DNA of 64,000 nucleotides from Tubulanus polymorphus. Lineage: Eukaryota; Animalia; Nemertea. Shown piece after piece: positions 38,764-52,800 of the stretch (position 1 is the first letter of the stretch; each line of letters begins with the position of its first letter). Both the position numbers and the translations under genes were made by a program. The notes beneath the pieces were generated by a model. That model did no database searches, was not told where the DNA came from, and was given only the letters and a program-made list of their open reading frames with translations. Where the stretch lies: positions 14,144,655 to 14,208,654 of the forward strand of contig NC_134033.1 of assembly GCF_964204645.1 (NCBI RefSeq), in the 5' to 3' direction.

Positions 38764-41700
38764 TTACAAACAATCTGAAACGAAAACCAAATATACAATG
38801 GCGAATTGCAACGAACCTGGTGTGCCACACAAAATATAACATATGAATCATATTTATCAATGTTTGTATTTGCTTTGATATAGAAGTATATTTGAGAAGG
38901 CCAAGGTCGAGGGGGTTTGCGAACTTTGAATGTTTTCTGCTTAATTCCTGTAACAAATCATTAAGTTCATTGAGTACATAAGTTTTGTGTGGACGTTTTA
39001 TTGGGCGGGCCCCTTACTAAAATGAAATGCAATATCTGATTCGTTGTATTTCGTATTGCATTTGAGAATTTCATCGTATTTTAATTAGTCTAAGCTAGAT
39101 GACGAAGTCAAACTAAACGATGCCATCAGGTTCGAATCCCAGCAGGGGAATATTTGATATACTGTTGGACTTACTCGCTGCGACACATATCGGGTCTTGA
39201 GCCGAGATACAGTTACCATTCATTCGTAGATAGTTCGGCTTACAGGTACATGCGTGGATAGTGGGTAGATCGCAGAGCTCGGGTTGGGCGGCGTTAGGGG
39301 CGTCGCATGTTGCTTCACAAGATACTTTCTTGTATTCTTCATTCGCTCCGCAATTGACAACTGTTGCAAAGAGAAAATTAACATCTAAGCCGTCCATCGA
39401 ATAAAACCAAGAATGAATTACTTTAGAGATCAGCATTTGGAGAAGCGGCCCACATTTGGAAAATGCGAAGTTTACAAATATCTCAGATTTATTTAGGAGT
39501 TCGTCATCTTGTTTGTGAATAACTGAATGCACAATATACACAATTTGTCTATACTCACCGCATCCGGTCTTTTTACGCCATTTTTCTGTCACGGTGAAGT
39601 TATTCTGTCGACAATCGTCTGCTAGTGATTTCAATAGGTCGCAGACGATACCTTTACGATCCGCCTCAGTCGGCGCCGAACACACGTCCAGAACGCAGTC
39701 GTCGCGCAACGCCTTGCGGTCCTGCTTCGATTTAGCGGATAGACATTTGCCAAACGAAAATTTAGATCGAGTTTTCGTCAGCAATCCGCAGTATTGTTCG
39801 TGGGAAGAGTAGGTGGTCTTGTTAACGCACGGCGGAGGGTTCGGAGGGTCGACCAGGCAGCTAGAAAATAGAACGAGAAGAATTAGAAGCAATCAATACC
39901 GAGGACGCAAATCGAATGTCTATACAAGATGTCTGAAGGAGAACTAACGCTAATGAGTATTTCTATGACCTGATATACACGGGGATTTTGAGTCATTTTT
40001 ACGATTTAAACGTAACGCAAAAAAGTCGTAGCCGAATCTGAAAGACAAAGTTAAGTTACGGACTTACTCTTTGGCGATGGTCCCGTTCTCATTTGGAACG
40101 ACGAAACTCTTTCCCAGGACATTGTAACCAGCCTGATCGTCAGTAACGACGTTACCATTTTTGTCGACCATTTGATCACGTTTTGACGAGCCACATCTTC
40201 CGCAGATTCCTGAAAAGAATTTCGGTCTATCACATCGTTTAGAATTAAGTCAAAATGACAAATTCATGTATTTCTAGGAGTTCTAGGAGAACGCATTTGC
40301 AAAGAATCGTGATTTTTGTCTACAGTTTGTTTGCTGCTTGGCATTTACGAGTTGGTGAATGGAGCCAAAGTTTCCACGTTGTGGAACAAACACTTTACCT
40401 TTTGTCTTGTTCATATATCTACTTTTATCGAGGTAAACGTTCACAACCGTACTTCCATCATAAGTGACCTTGACCCCGCACGACGGAACGTTGAACATTA
40501 CATCCGTACTGCCTACATCAGTGATCTCTATACCATTTTTAGTGTAGTAAGGTAACGATACCTGCGCTCCATCGACCTGTATCATAAGAAAAGTCGCATT
40601 ACACGGTGCTGTATCGATTCAGTCAGTAAGCCGATTCTGGTGGCTCATCCTCGGGATTCGAAAATGATGGCCACCAGACTCTGAGCCACGTACGACTTTT
40701 TTAAATCAGTGGTCCATCTAGACACAACACTTCTATTGGTAGGTAAGCAATATTGTTTCTTTTCACACATATAGAAAATGAATCTGGATCGTTTTTTGTT
40801 GTCATTCTAACATGGTTCGTTCCATTTCAGAACAGAGCAACAAGAAATATCTGTTCTAAATGAACGCTTCTTATGAACGCAAGGTATGTTCTAAATTGGA
40901 ACGGACTACAAATTGTCATATCTGATGAAAAAGTAGCGCGTGACCGAGGGTATCCTCGTGAATAGGCCCATGTCAATTCAGCGATTACCTCGACAATCTT
41001 ATTTCTTCTGAAAGTTACGGAAACTCCCCCGAAGAACGAAGTGACCGATTTCGTGTAGGAAACGCTGTTCAATTTCCTGCCGTCTTTGAATCTGCCGGGT
41101 TGATTCGTCGTTCGTACGTGCACGCTGCAATTCCCGGCCGCCGTCTCGACTAACGTGTACGAACATTGGCCTTGAAAGTTGAAACGTTTTCCACCAAATG
41201 ACTTATAGTGCGGATCTCCTCTGGCTTGACATTTACACGTGTTTTTAGCTAAAATAAACGAACGGCGCTCGTATAGACTATTTTGACGGTAAAAAGCAGC
41301 AACTATTGCGGTTTACAGGACTAGTACACCAGCCCTTGCACTAACCTCTGAATCTCTTCCTTTTCCCTGATTTCCTCGTCACCGGGGCCTTTCATAGATA
41401 AGTAGGAAATATTTGTCTAAAAGTTCAGCATTTTGAATAGATTACATCCTCTCCTTCTCCCTCACCCCTCTTACCGTATTTATAGTATCCTTTTGTTTCT
41501 TTCCTTTCTTTTTCTTTTTATTAGCTCTCCTGGTAGATTGTTGTGGCTCGCTTGGTTGAACTGTAGTGTTCTGCAAAACAAAACGAAGCCAGAATACATG
41601 ATTACATCTCTTCCCCTCTTCCTCCCCTCTCCCCTCTTCCCTTCTCCCCTCTCCCCTCTTCCCCTCGTCTCCACGTTCCTTCTTCGCCCTTCCATTTAAA

Positions 41701-42348
41701 ATCAACATCTAACCGGGGAAAAACTAAAATAAACTATCGGACTATTTACACGTAGAAAACGACCAAAAAAACTAAAAATGGACAAAATGATCTTCAACCT
41801 TGTAATATAGCTGTTTCCAAAATTTCGATGTATTAAATTAGGCAGCCATGAAAATTCAACCCAATCAGTCGCTTGCCGGTTCAGACTGAATGGAAGATTG
41901 TTTGATTGAACCCGAACCGAATTTCCCAATTATGTACTTCGATTTAAACAAAAAACCTTTGTAAACTCGACCGCCGATCACACAACTATATCTGTACTTC
42001 GATTTCCGATAACAAAATCAAACCCCCTGTTTCGCTCCCGGCAGGTGTGGTGGGTCTGTTAGGGACAGCCAATCAAAAAAATCAAACGAAATCTACCAAT
42101 CAAATAAATAACAGGGTCAATCCATATTTTAAGATTTAAAAAAACAACAAAAACAATGAAATAGGTAAATTTTAAAACCTGTTGTTTTTGTTTTGCTGGT
42201 CTTTTGCCTCTTTTCCGTTTGAAAAGATGAACGAACCCATCGAACGACCTAGATTCAGGCAGCCATCTACGTTTCCTATCTAGGTCACGATTTTCATCGT
42301 CCATTTCAACTGCAAAAATGAAGCAACGTCCAATCGAAAAGAAATTCA

Positions 42349-42380
<32 letters not shown>

Positions 42381-42628
42381 CATACACTGTAATTTCATTT
42401 ACATAAGTACATACGGTATCGGACTTTTTTATTGATTTTAGGGTGACTCGATTTTCGAGTCATATTTTTTAGCTTAGGTGACAATTATGGTCGGTTATAG
42501 CTCGGAAAGGGTTAACGTATCTTACCTAGAGCGCGTTTATCTCGATCTTTCTCGTGTTCATCCCTTGAGTTGACAACGGCTGCCAACAACAACACAGTCG
42601 CCGCGCCAATGAAAACTAAACCTCGCAT
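38764..42628 (-). CDS. Gene B: secreted basic-leader + VWD-C8-TIL protein, ~483 aa; complement(join(38764..38774,39175..39360,39559..39860,40068..40209,40399..40576,40989..41248,41346..41388,41475..41570,42179..42309,42526..42628))
   Basis: Signal peptide + RDKR; VWD motifs CQARGDPHYKSF..FNFQGQCSYTLV and KGICG; C8 motif DCVLDVC..C..LADDC..W; TIL motif CGANEEY..CEATC..CTCKPNY..NGNCI. All ten exons are phase-compatible; the 42179 donor is weak. Confidence 0.85.
41929..42150 (+). mobile_element. Dispersed ~220-bp repeat, second copy at 59353-59570
   Basis: Shared sequence ATTATGTACTTCGATTTAAA..ACTCGACCGCCGATCAC..TTTCGCTCCCGGCAGGTGTGGTGGGT. Confidence 0.75.
42347..42381 (+). repeat. (GCAC)n microsatellite
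   Basis: About 8 tetramers. Confidence 0.9.
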
Positions 42629-45323
42629 CGCACTGGAAATATGTATCTTTGATTGGTCCACCTGTCGGTTTAGAAGAAAAGTTCAAATGATAAATGGTAA
42701 CGGAAAGCTGATATGGTACTCTCCTTTACTAGTGTACTAACTTATTTATGATCTACTTTTGTTTTTCTAGAATTCACCACATTTTAGAGTGTAAAACCAT
42801 TGTTTTAGTTAGTAGTTGCAAATAGTTTGAATTGTCATAAAGAAACTTCTCGTCATTGCTTACAAATGAAAAAAAACACCGAGTTGCCACTTACATTTTC
42901 GCGCAGTGAAACAGAATACTATAAGAAAAAATAGGATCAAGCTTCTCGTTCGTAAATACCTTTTCGTCTGATTGTGAGTGAATTTCAGTTTCGACAGATC
43001 TTCCTCGAACAAAGCGGGCAGAACGTACTATCACCAAACGCGACGCAAGAGAAGATTGGACAGAACAGCACCGAGGAACTGATGTGAGGGCCCGAAAATC
43101 GATGTAGAAGGATCTCTGTCATCCGATAGTAGTGTTACCAATTGGCTACACTTCAGCGATCTTAATTTTTCTCGAGTTAGGGTCCGAACAATCAAAAATG
43201 ATACTATACACGATTAACAGCTGACACCCTAGATGTGACGAATGAAGATATCATTATCATATTCCACCTTAGTTCATCTAACATAGTCCCAGACTAAATG
43301 ATAAACGGATCGAGACATTCAGTTGGACATTGACTGTGAATATTGTGACTCTCCTTATTGTTAATCAACTATTCAATTTATGTTGTTAATTATGAAATAC
43401 TATTTTTGTGGAGAAAATAAATCATTTCATATCAAATCAAATCGCGAAATAGAGTAGACTCCATGTTTCTTGGAGCCATCCGCCTTATTCATTCAGAGCG
43501 CCTGAAATCAACTTTTTAAGTTAAGTTCAGATTGAAAATGTCGACCGAGATTGGCTCTTATTCACGCTTATTGATGGAATGTCCTGGTTCTGCAAGGGTC
43601 TTATATTTTTTGCATGGGACGAAATGGATTTTTATACACACCGGTGCAGTCATCTTTTCCGTGCAATCCGATCGATATACGTGTATACATGAAATATAGG
43701 AACTTTTAACCGTTGATCTCAAGGAGTCCAGAATTATCGATAATAACGATAAGTGTTTTGCAGACAATATACACGCACTTCCATAACAGCTGCCGAGCCC
43801 TCCTCAAGCTTGTATCGTTTCGATAGTCCTCATTATATCTTCTACCAAAAAATCATAAAGACAATGAATTTTTGCTTCTACATATAGTTAAATGTAGTCA
43901 ATTTGAGTTTGTTATTCTATTATTTAATGGTATATCGCTAGCGTACTAGCAATCGGGGACTCAATACGTGGCGCTAGTGTGAATGAAGTCAATAAATCCA
44001 ACATTTAAACTCGCTAAATTTATCAAATTAGGTCTATATGTACTGATATATATCCCTCCGGTAGTATGTTGTAAATAACGTTTGGAATGTTTTAAAATAC
44101 TTTTATTTCCTGTTTTTTGTGTAAATAATTGTAAATACTGTTTTTTCCTCCATTCACCGTCCATGGAAATGGTTGCAGTGTAATAGATATTGGTATTCGT
44201 TTTCGTTTTCGTATTCTTATATTTTGTAAAACTATAGCGAAGCTAATCAACCCCAGTCGATTCAAAGCTTGCGGTCTCTTGTAAAATACAGATACATAGC
44301 AACTGTTAGGAAATAATAAACTGTTTCTACAAATCAACTGTGGGTTTTTATTTTTTATTTGTCAACTGTACTGAAATTTATATCAGTTCACTACAGTCCT
44401 GGTCAGTAGGCTCATAATGTACATATGTTGTTTGAAAATGTGTGACCTTCTATATCTCACACCTTAGATGAACTAAAATGTTACTATTAGAACGAGCTAC
44501 ATATAGTAGCATCGTAACTGCGAACAGATAGACTTTCATTTTTAGAGGCGCCACGTAGTCTGTAATTGGAAGTAACTCTATATTTGAAATCCTCGTTTAA
44601 CGAACGTTTAACGAAGTTGGTCTTTGCATGAAAATTGTCAACGCCGTCTCATATTCACCGGGACACGCCTAACGCTAATTGGATGACACGTCATCGCTGC
44701 AGCAGCAGTAGCAGTAGTAAATATAGAAACCTAACTGAAAAAAAAGATATCTATGAACTTTAACATGCTTTTTAATCGGTCACTAATTTTCGATTTATTA
44801 ATGTGCGTATGAAAAGCAAGAATTTGAAAATCACGCCGAAAGTTTAATAAAATTACGATCAATCAAAAACTATTGTATCAATCAACGAAATCATTGAGAA
44901 CGACAAAATACTCCATACAAATATATTTCATTTATATATCATTGTTCGTTATAATTTTCAAGTTAAAAGCTAATTTTTCAGGAGCACTGTAGTAATTAAT
45001 TATGGTTTTAACGTTTCGCACTAAGCTGCTAATCAAATAGATATCAATGGAGCTTTATACAAAAACTCGACAATCAAGAAAGTTATATAATCAGAAGTGA
45101 TATTTAGGAAGTAATTTTGTAGAAATGCAGAGAATATTAATGGCAAATTAATTCATCATTACAATTTTCGAATTGTGTATAATTGGTTTGGATTCCCCGA
45201 TGAACTTTCGGTTAGGCTAAAAAATTATATCTTGTTTCTCCTAATCGGCTGGGTCACTTTTGTATACTGCGTTGAAATTTGTTATCAGTTCATTTCTATA
45301 ACTGCCAGGTATGTGACGGTTAG

Positions 45324-46278
45324 TATGGAAGCCCTGAAACGACATTACGAATTACGTTTTACGAATTACGTTTTACGAATTACGTCTTACGAGTTACGTT
45401 TTACGACTTATTTTGGGCAACGATTTACCGCTACATTTCGGTTCAATTTCTCACAAGAGGTCAAGGTTGTGGTGCACTCTCCGTGTCGTGAAACTTTGGG
45501 TAGCAAGCAGAAGGCAGCACTGTGGTGAAATCGATTGTAATTTTTTGCCGAATACTTCAACTAATAACGATGATGGATGACAAACGCATTTCTTTCAAAT
45601 AAAAATATATATTTTCATAATTAAAAGCTAAGACTTGTTATGATCATTTGTTACAATTGAAGAATTGTATCTGCACCGATGTGGAGTCCAATTTCATCTC
45701 CATGAAGCCCGAATAATTTCCAGTTTTGTATCGTCTTAATCATCGTGCCCTTCCTTGCCAAATAGGACAGTGTCAGTGTTTGTAATTTATTATTTAATGA
45801 ATCCGGGCGTATGCAGGCTGAATCTCTATACTTTTGATCATTTGAAATCATCGTGTCACTTTTTGACTTCCTTGGTCTTATTATTACTTGTAACAAAAAT
45901 GCGTACGATAAACTCCCTCAATTTCACGGATATACATGTATATATTTCGAAATGCAAAATAAATTCAGTCAGATTCATTCTTCGTCATGATTCGACTTCA
46001 TTGCAAAGCCCGTGTTTTTCCGAAAAAAAACTTTTGAAGCAATAGCCAATAAGTCAATAGAAAACGTAAGTCGTAAAACGTAATTCGTTAGACGTAATTC
46101 GTAAAACGTAATTCGTAAAACGTAAGTCGTAAAACGTAATTCGTAAAACGTAATTGTATAAGACCTTGACCTCGCGCGACATACGCAATGCAGGGAGCTT
46201 ATATGGTAAATCGTTAACCTAACTCGTAATTCGTAAAACGTAAAACGTAATTCGTAATGTCGTTTCAGGGCTTCCATA
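45324..46278. mobile_element. Non-autonomous foldback-like TIR element with 6-bp TSD GGTTAG
   Basis: TIR TATGGAAGCCCTGAAACGACATTACGAATTACGTTTTACG at both ends, subterminal 14-bp tandem repeats, GGTTAG at 45318-45323 and 46279-46284. Confidence 0.85.
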
Positions 46279-46358
46279 GGTTAGCCTGATGATAAATTTA
46301 AAGAGTAATGTAGTACAAGGAAGATAGGCGGCCGGCCGGGCCAAGCTTTGAGCTCAAC

Positions 46359-46499
46359 GGCCGGGTGCATGGTCATGGCTTAGAGTTAAGACCAGTCTAA
46401 GACCTTCTTGGTTTTATAGCCTATCTAACAACCTTGTTAGATGGGCCTTGAATTTTAAGGCCACTTTCAAACTTAAGTCTCGACCATGGAACCGGCCCC
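46359..46499. mobile_element. MITE, same family as 58307-58440
   Basis: GGCCGGGTGCATGGTC...GACCATGGAACCGGCC. Confidence 0.55.
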
Positions 46500-46882
46500 A
46501 GCAGGCGGAGAAACAAGTAAATATTTTTAACCTTAAAGTGGCGTCGTTTGATTTACCTATCTCTACTAAGTGTTTCAAAATGTATTTTTTGATATTCCTT
46601 CTATGTTGTCAGTTTAAAATCCTAAGCTTATTTAAAACAAATTCCCAACCAGAACAGTTATATAAAATATAAGATAAATATAATATATAATATTTATATA
46701 TATAAAAATGTATAAATATAACCGAAAAATGAATTCGTACGTGATTTAAAAACAATGCTATCAACCTAAAACCTGCGTGTAGATGATTGGTTGGGTGAAA
46801 ATATTATGAAAATAGATAAGGAAAATAATCCGCGAATCGAGTTGGGTGAAAAGAACTCAGAATTTATTCCGTCGACAACATC

Positions 46883-49800
46883 ATGACACGTTTCGCGGAG
46901 TTATTGCTGATTCTACTGATTCTACTGATAATTTCACAAACCGCGACTCGGAGCGCTACAACGACGCGGAGCAGCCCTACCACGACAATAACTGTCACTT
47001 CATCGTGTAACAACACGTGGTACTCTGTCGATTCTACGTCTGGTATCATCTTTTCACCGAACTATCCGTCGTTAGTGCGCGATGTTAAATGTCGTTGGAC
47101 AGTAAACAGCTTTTTGTCGGGCCTGTTTCGAATTCGAATATACTATGATTTACAATCGTGGTGTCGTAAAAGCTTCCTCAAGATCAACGGATTTAGTAAT
47201 TCTAACGCAGGGTGTAAAAAAAATGGAGAATTAGATATACAACTTTCGAATGCGTTTTCTCTGGAGTTTTATAGCGATGTTCGAGAAGACCCAGGTCGCC
47301 TGTTAGTTGTTTATCATTTACAAAACAGCACTGGGCTGAGAAGCGATGACAACTGTAGATACTTTATCTATGGGATAGATCGATTTCGATCATATAAAAC
47401 TGGAAGCGACCAATTCTCAATTTCAATCATGAAACCTTGTTATCTGAAATTGGAATGGCCCGGGATACCAGACGGTATCGGGATGAAATTGACTTTTGAG
47501 AAGTTTGATTACGCTATATCGGCAGGCTCAGAGCAGGACGTTAGAGTTTACGACGGATGGAACGCAAGAACTGATCCCATTTTGATTTTACGAGAACAAA
47601 TCGGATATCCACCTCAGACGGTTTACACTAAAAATAACAAAGCTCTGATCACTCTCTCGAGGCACGGCGCCAGGTTCAGGGTGACATCTATGGTAACGGT
47701 AGAAAAATATCAAATATCAGATTGGAACATTTCTAATCCATCGATTCCGATCTTTTCTAACACATCAGGAGTGCTCGTTCCTAGTGATAGGCCGTACGTA
47801 ATAACTCAGTCTAAACACTTGTACTGCTGGTCTATCAGAGCTGAAATACTGCAATACGTCGTCTTCAACTGGACACGTGATCTCAATGAATCAGGTGTCG
47901 TCGGTGTATACAAACTCGAGGGTCAATCGATTGTCGGAACTGATATTTTAAATGGCTTCAACTACCTGGAATCTTCGAGTGTAAAATCTGAAGGATTTCT
48001 CGTGACGTTATGTTTACTGATATCGGAGAATTATTTCGGGATTTCGATTCAGAATTCAACAATTGACTATAAAATAGAATCATTAAGAATATCGGACGTC
48101 AAGGTGGAAAAAAGAAGTGTAAGTATTGTATTTAACTCTTGTTGAACATTGTGTGTAACTTGGAAACATCCTCTATTCGGGGATATGTTAATTGCGCAAA
48201 GCTGCGTACCCGAGCCCCTTACTGAAACAGGAGGTTTCGGAATTAATTTTAGAGCAAAGTTTTAGTTAAGTCTATACGATGATAATGTGATTTTATTTCA
48301 GATTCATGATACGAGCATTCAAAGCTTAATCTATCAGGTAAAAGCGGATGTGCTTCCTCGCATACCAAAGGGGTTTACATATCGTATCAGTAGATTTAAC
48401 TTTCACTGGAAAGTCGACATCTATGAAGATGACTTGAAATTCAACGTGGCATCAGAGAACTGCGAGCGAGCTGGATTCTACATATACGACGGCGGAAATT
48501 TCACAGATAGACGCTATGGACCGTATTGTCCTCCCGCTGATCGTTCGAACTATGGTCGATCAGTCGTCGGCCTGATTTCATCAGGAGGACCGGTTACAGT
48601 AGTTGCCTACAGTTGGAATGGTCGGTTAGGAGGTGGTAAGCTTCAATTTCGACCGACTGACTGCGACGGGTATGTTCTACGAAAAGGAGAACGTCAGATA
48701 AATATGACGTCACATTGTATGGTTATTACACCTGAAAACCGACGCCTTCCATTAGAAAACATATATGTATTATCAAAATACAAATATGTGCTGGGCGGAT
48801 GTTGGACCAGAGTCTTTACTTTGTGTGAAAGATATCTAAGGTATACTAGTCAGTCATTGAATGGATTAGTGTTAAGCCGTATAAAGATATTGAATAGATA
48901 TGCATTCACGATGTACGGGACTAGCGGTCTATTAGTAATACTTAAGCGTAATTGTCAAAGATTGAAAAAATCACATGTTTTTAGAGATTTTGATCACCGC
49001 CAGAGATATAAATGCGGAATGATACAATCCCCTGACTATCCAGGTACACCTCCTACTCACGGATATCAGCCACATTACTTTACGTTTTTTCACCCCGATA
49101 ACAGAAAAATAAACTATTATCTCAGATTCCTGATTCGTTTCATTGGACAAACTTCTTGTAGCGATTCACACTTTATTGGAATTAGAGATTTTATATTACT
49201 AACACAAGAGGTAAGGATAAAAGGACTAAAAGGAAAGGTTATCGCTGAAGGCACGCACGAAACTAAAATATGTGAAAACAATGCTGTACCTGGACTTGTT
49301 TTGTACAGTCTACTCGGGTACGATTTGTACTTGGTGTTTAAGTTGTATTACCCCACATTTCAAATTCAATACACTTTAGAAAAATCGCCTTTACCAATTG
49401 ATCGAATCAATGTCTGCGGATCAGATTTTCTAGATTCTGGAGTTTCGTGTATCAGATACATCAAACATGAACGTCTGAATTGGGAGGACGCTGAATTATA
49501 CTGTCGACAGAAATATGGAGGACATCTTCTCAGTGTCAATTCAAAACAGGAAATGATGGCTGTGAAAAAGTTGTTCGCTACGAGACTGCTTTATCAGGCA
49601 TATTCACAAGCGGCGCTTATTGTGATGATTGGATTAAAATGGCAGGTAACAATACCAGTTAACTAGGAAATATGGACACTCGAAATGTGATGAATTGGCT
49701 GAAAAGCCGTTCACTATTTTAAGGCTAAAAATAGATACCTTGTTTCTCATTTCCAGGCGGGTGAAAAAATCTGAGAATAAGAGACCCGGCAAAATAAAAC

Positions 49801-52800
49801 CCGCAAGGTTGCTGGAAATTAGCTTTTGGGTTAAATTTAAAAAAATCCGTTCGGGCTGGTGTCGGAATGTCTTCTTGTCGTTCTTTCTAGGGGTCACGAG
49901 ATTGGTAAGAAAGTCGAAATGTTATCTCAAGGTCGTCGAGCAGTGACGAGTAAACAATTGTTTGTATCGTGTGTCGTCGTTCGACAAAATGCATTAAAGA
50001 AATATGGGGTTGTTGTGGACCCAAGACCTGACTGCCTTGGTCCTTCGTGTCAATCAACCAAGATATTCAAGGCATGCTGAAGACATTTTTAGCAATGCTT
50101 TGATTCAGCGGGAGTGCACATTTAATGATTTCTCAGTTCTGGTGTGAGTGACTAACTCACTCTTTTAATTTTATAAGCTGGGTATCTTAGCTTTACAAAA
50201 CAAAAAACAGGTGCTTCCAAATATTTTTATCAGAAATTAAGATGCTGTCTGCCGGGTCATTATTTCCAAAGATTCATATTTTCTTTAAATGAATAAATAT
50301 AAGAACCTGTCTTTTTCAGGGATTTTGAAAATGAGAAACAAAGGTATCATTTTTGCCCGAACAATTATTCATAACTTCTTTACAATCTATAATGAATTTC
50401 ATGTAAATAAGATGTAAAATCATTAATGATTCTCATAAACGATTATTGATTCATCATTTATATATTTCAAGGTAAATGGTAGTTATTACGAATGGACTGA
50501 TGGGAAACCATTAAGCTACACAGAGTGGTATAAACCTGCTTTTATAAATGAAACAATACCAGAACTTATTCAAGGATTGATATCTCCACTTAGAAAACAA
50601 CCGACACATGACGCCAATGTACCGTGTACGGCGATGATACTGAACAACCCACGTGGTTCTGCCAACTGGTTTCGTTTCCCGTGTCAAATCATACAGATAC
50701 ATACAACTTTCATTTGTGAAACCGAAAGGATTGATAACTCAACGATCCACTCTCATGAATTCAATACGTCCAAGGAAGGTACAGAAAACGATACTACTGG
50801 TAAAATATGGAACACGTTTGAGGACATTAACTCGACTTGTGTAAGAGGTTGGATTAGGATTGAAAGACGTTGCTATCGGATACTTACAGCCTGGGAATCA
50901 CTGGATACTCAATCATTGGCAGTTCAGACAGCCAGGAGAATGTGTCTTACAATCGGTGGAGATATAGTGATAATAACATCTAATTTTGATATTCAGTATT
51001 TGATTAAAGCGTTTCACTATCAGCACCAGTATGGGAATATACTAATTCAGGAGAGTGATAATGGTGGATATCTGACAATAAAACCAGTTGTAACAAGGGA
51101 TTACATCAAGAACGTCGAAACAGTAAAATGGTCTTTAACAGCTTTCGATAATATCACAGATAAAGCGCATTCTGTGTTATGTTCGTACAATGGAACCGAT
51201 GAATCATCAGCTATGAGCGGTTGTAAATTCTGGCAGTTTGAATGTAACGATGCCAGATGTATCAGCAAACATCGTGTTTGTGATTCCAGAAAGGACTGTC
51301 AACACGGAGAAGATGAACTCGATTGTTCAAATTCTAATTCGTTGAGCCAATTCCAGTGTACCGATGGACAAGTTATATCAGTCAGTAATGTTTGTGATTT
51401 CGTACGAGATTGCGTTGATGGATCAGATGAGAACTCGTGCTATCATACTTTATGTTCCTCAGAACAGTTTAGGTGCGAAAATGGAGAATGTGTGGTCAAA
51501 TATGAAAGATGTGATGGACTGGTTCATTGTAAAGATAAATCTGATGAGATCGGCTGCACTCCGGACAAATGTAACGGGTTTTTGTGTGTAAATGGTGAAT
51601 GTATCAGTTCTCTTTTGTATCGAGACGGAATTGTTGATTGCGGTGGTGAACTGGAGGAAGATGAGATAGTTACCAATATAACTGTTAACCCAACGATCCA
51701 CTGTAACCGTGAAGAATATTGTACGACTGAATTTACAAATCTTTGTAATGAAACCGATGAACAAAGATGTTCGTTCGAATCTCTGCATTGTTATTCGAGA
51801 CGAGACAGATGTATTTTTGAAAGAAAGGCCACGGGTTTTCCTACATGTAGAAGGCTCGAACATTTACTGGATTGCAGTGAATTTGAATGTCCAGCTGGTA
51901 CAGTAAAATGTCCATCATCTTACTGTATACCAATCAGACAGGTGTGTGATGGACAAACTGATTGTCCTAATTCAGAAGATGAATTAAGTTGTGAATCGTT
52001 TTCGTGTCCAGGGATGTTTAAATGCGGAGATGAAAATCGATGTATTCCACAGTTGGAAGTTTGTGATGGTGTCGTTAATTGTATTCATAACTCGGATGAC
52101 GAAGCCTACTGTGACGAAACGTGTCCTAAAGGTTGTAAATGCCAAGGTCATTTCATCAATTGCGAAAATGCAAGTTTGTCAGATATATCTGGAATTTTTC
52201 CGGCTGCGACTCGAGTTTTAATTCTCACAAACAACAGCATTTTACTTAACGTAACGACATTTTTCCTTTTTGTATATCTTCGTGTACTCGATATTTCATA
52301 TAATAATCTATCAGACATTGTGTCCGATGCGTTTTCTAAACTACACAATCTAAATTCTTTAGATCTTTCTTACAACCGTCTAGAATCAATACCTGCAAAT
52401 ACATTCACTGGTTTAAAGAGTTTAAAGGAACTTGTCCTCACAGGGAATCCACTAAGATCTTTGAATGAAGGTAGTTTCAAGGGTTTGATCTCACTTCCGG
52501 TTCTCGATCTTCACGGTCTCTCTATATCTGTTCTTGGTCGGAATATATTTCGAGGTTTACCTGCGCTGAAATCTTTGAACGTGAGCAATAATGCAATCAA
52601 TGCAATATCTTCGTACGCTTTTTCCGGGCTCAGATCTTTAGGAGTTCTGGATTTTTCCAACAACTCTCAAATAATTTCCGTAGAAAGCAATATCTTTGAT
52701 AATCTGACGTCATTATTCTTTCTCGCTTCAGACGCGTACAAATTCTGCTGCATGGTACCTAACATTGACCGGTGTCTCCCGGATCCTGATCAATTTTCAT

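Noticed and set aside
45175-46277. ORFs containing MEALKRHYELRF
   Set aside because: Translations of the TIR and subterminal repeats; no transposase.
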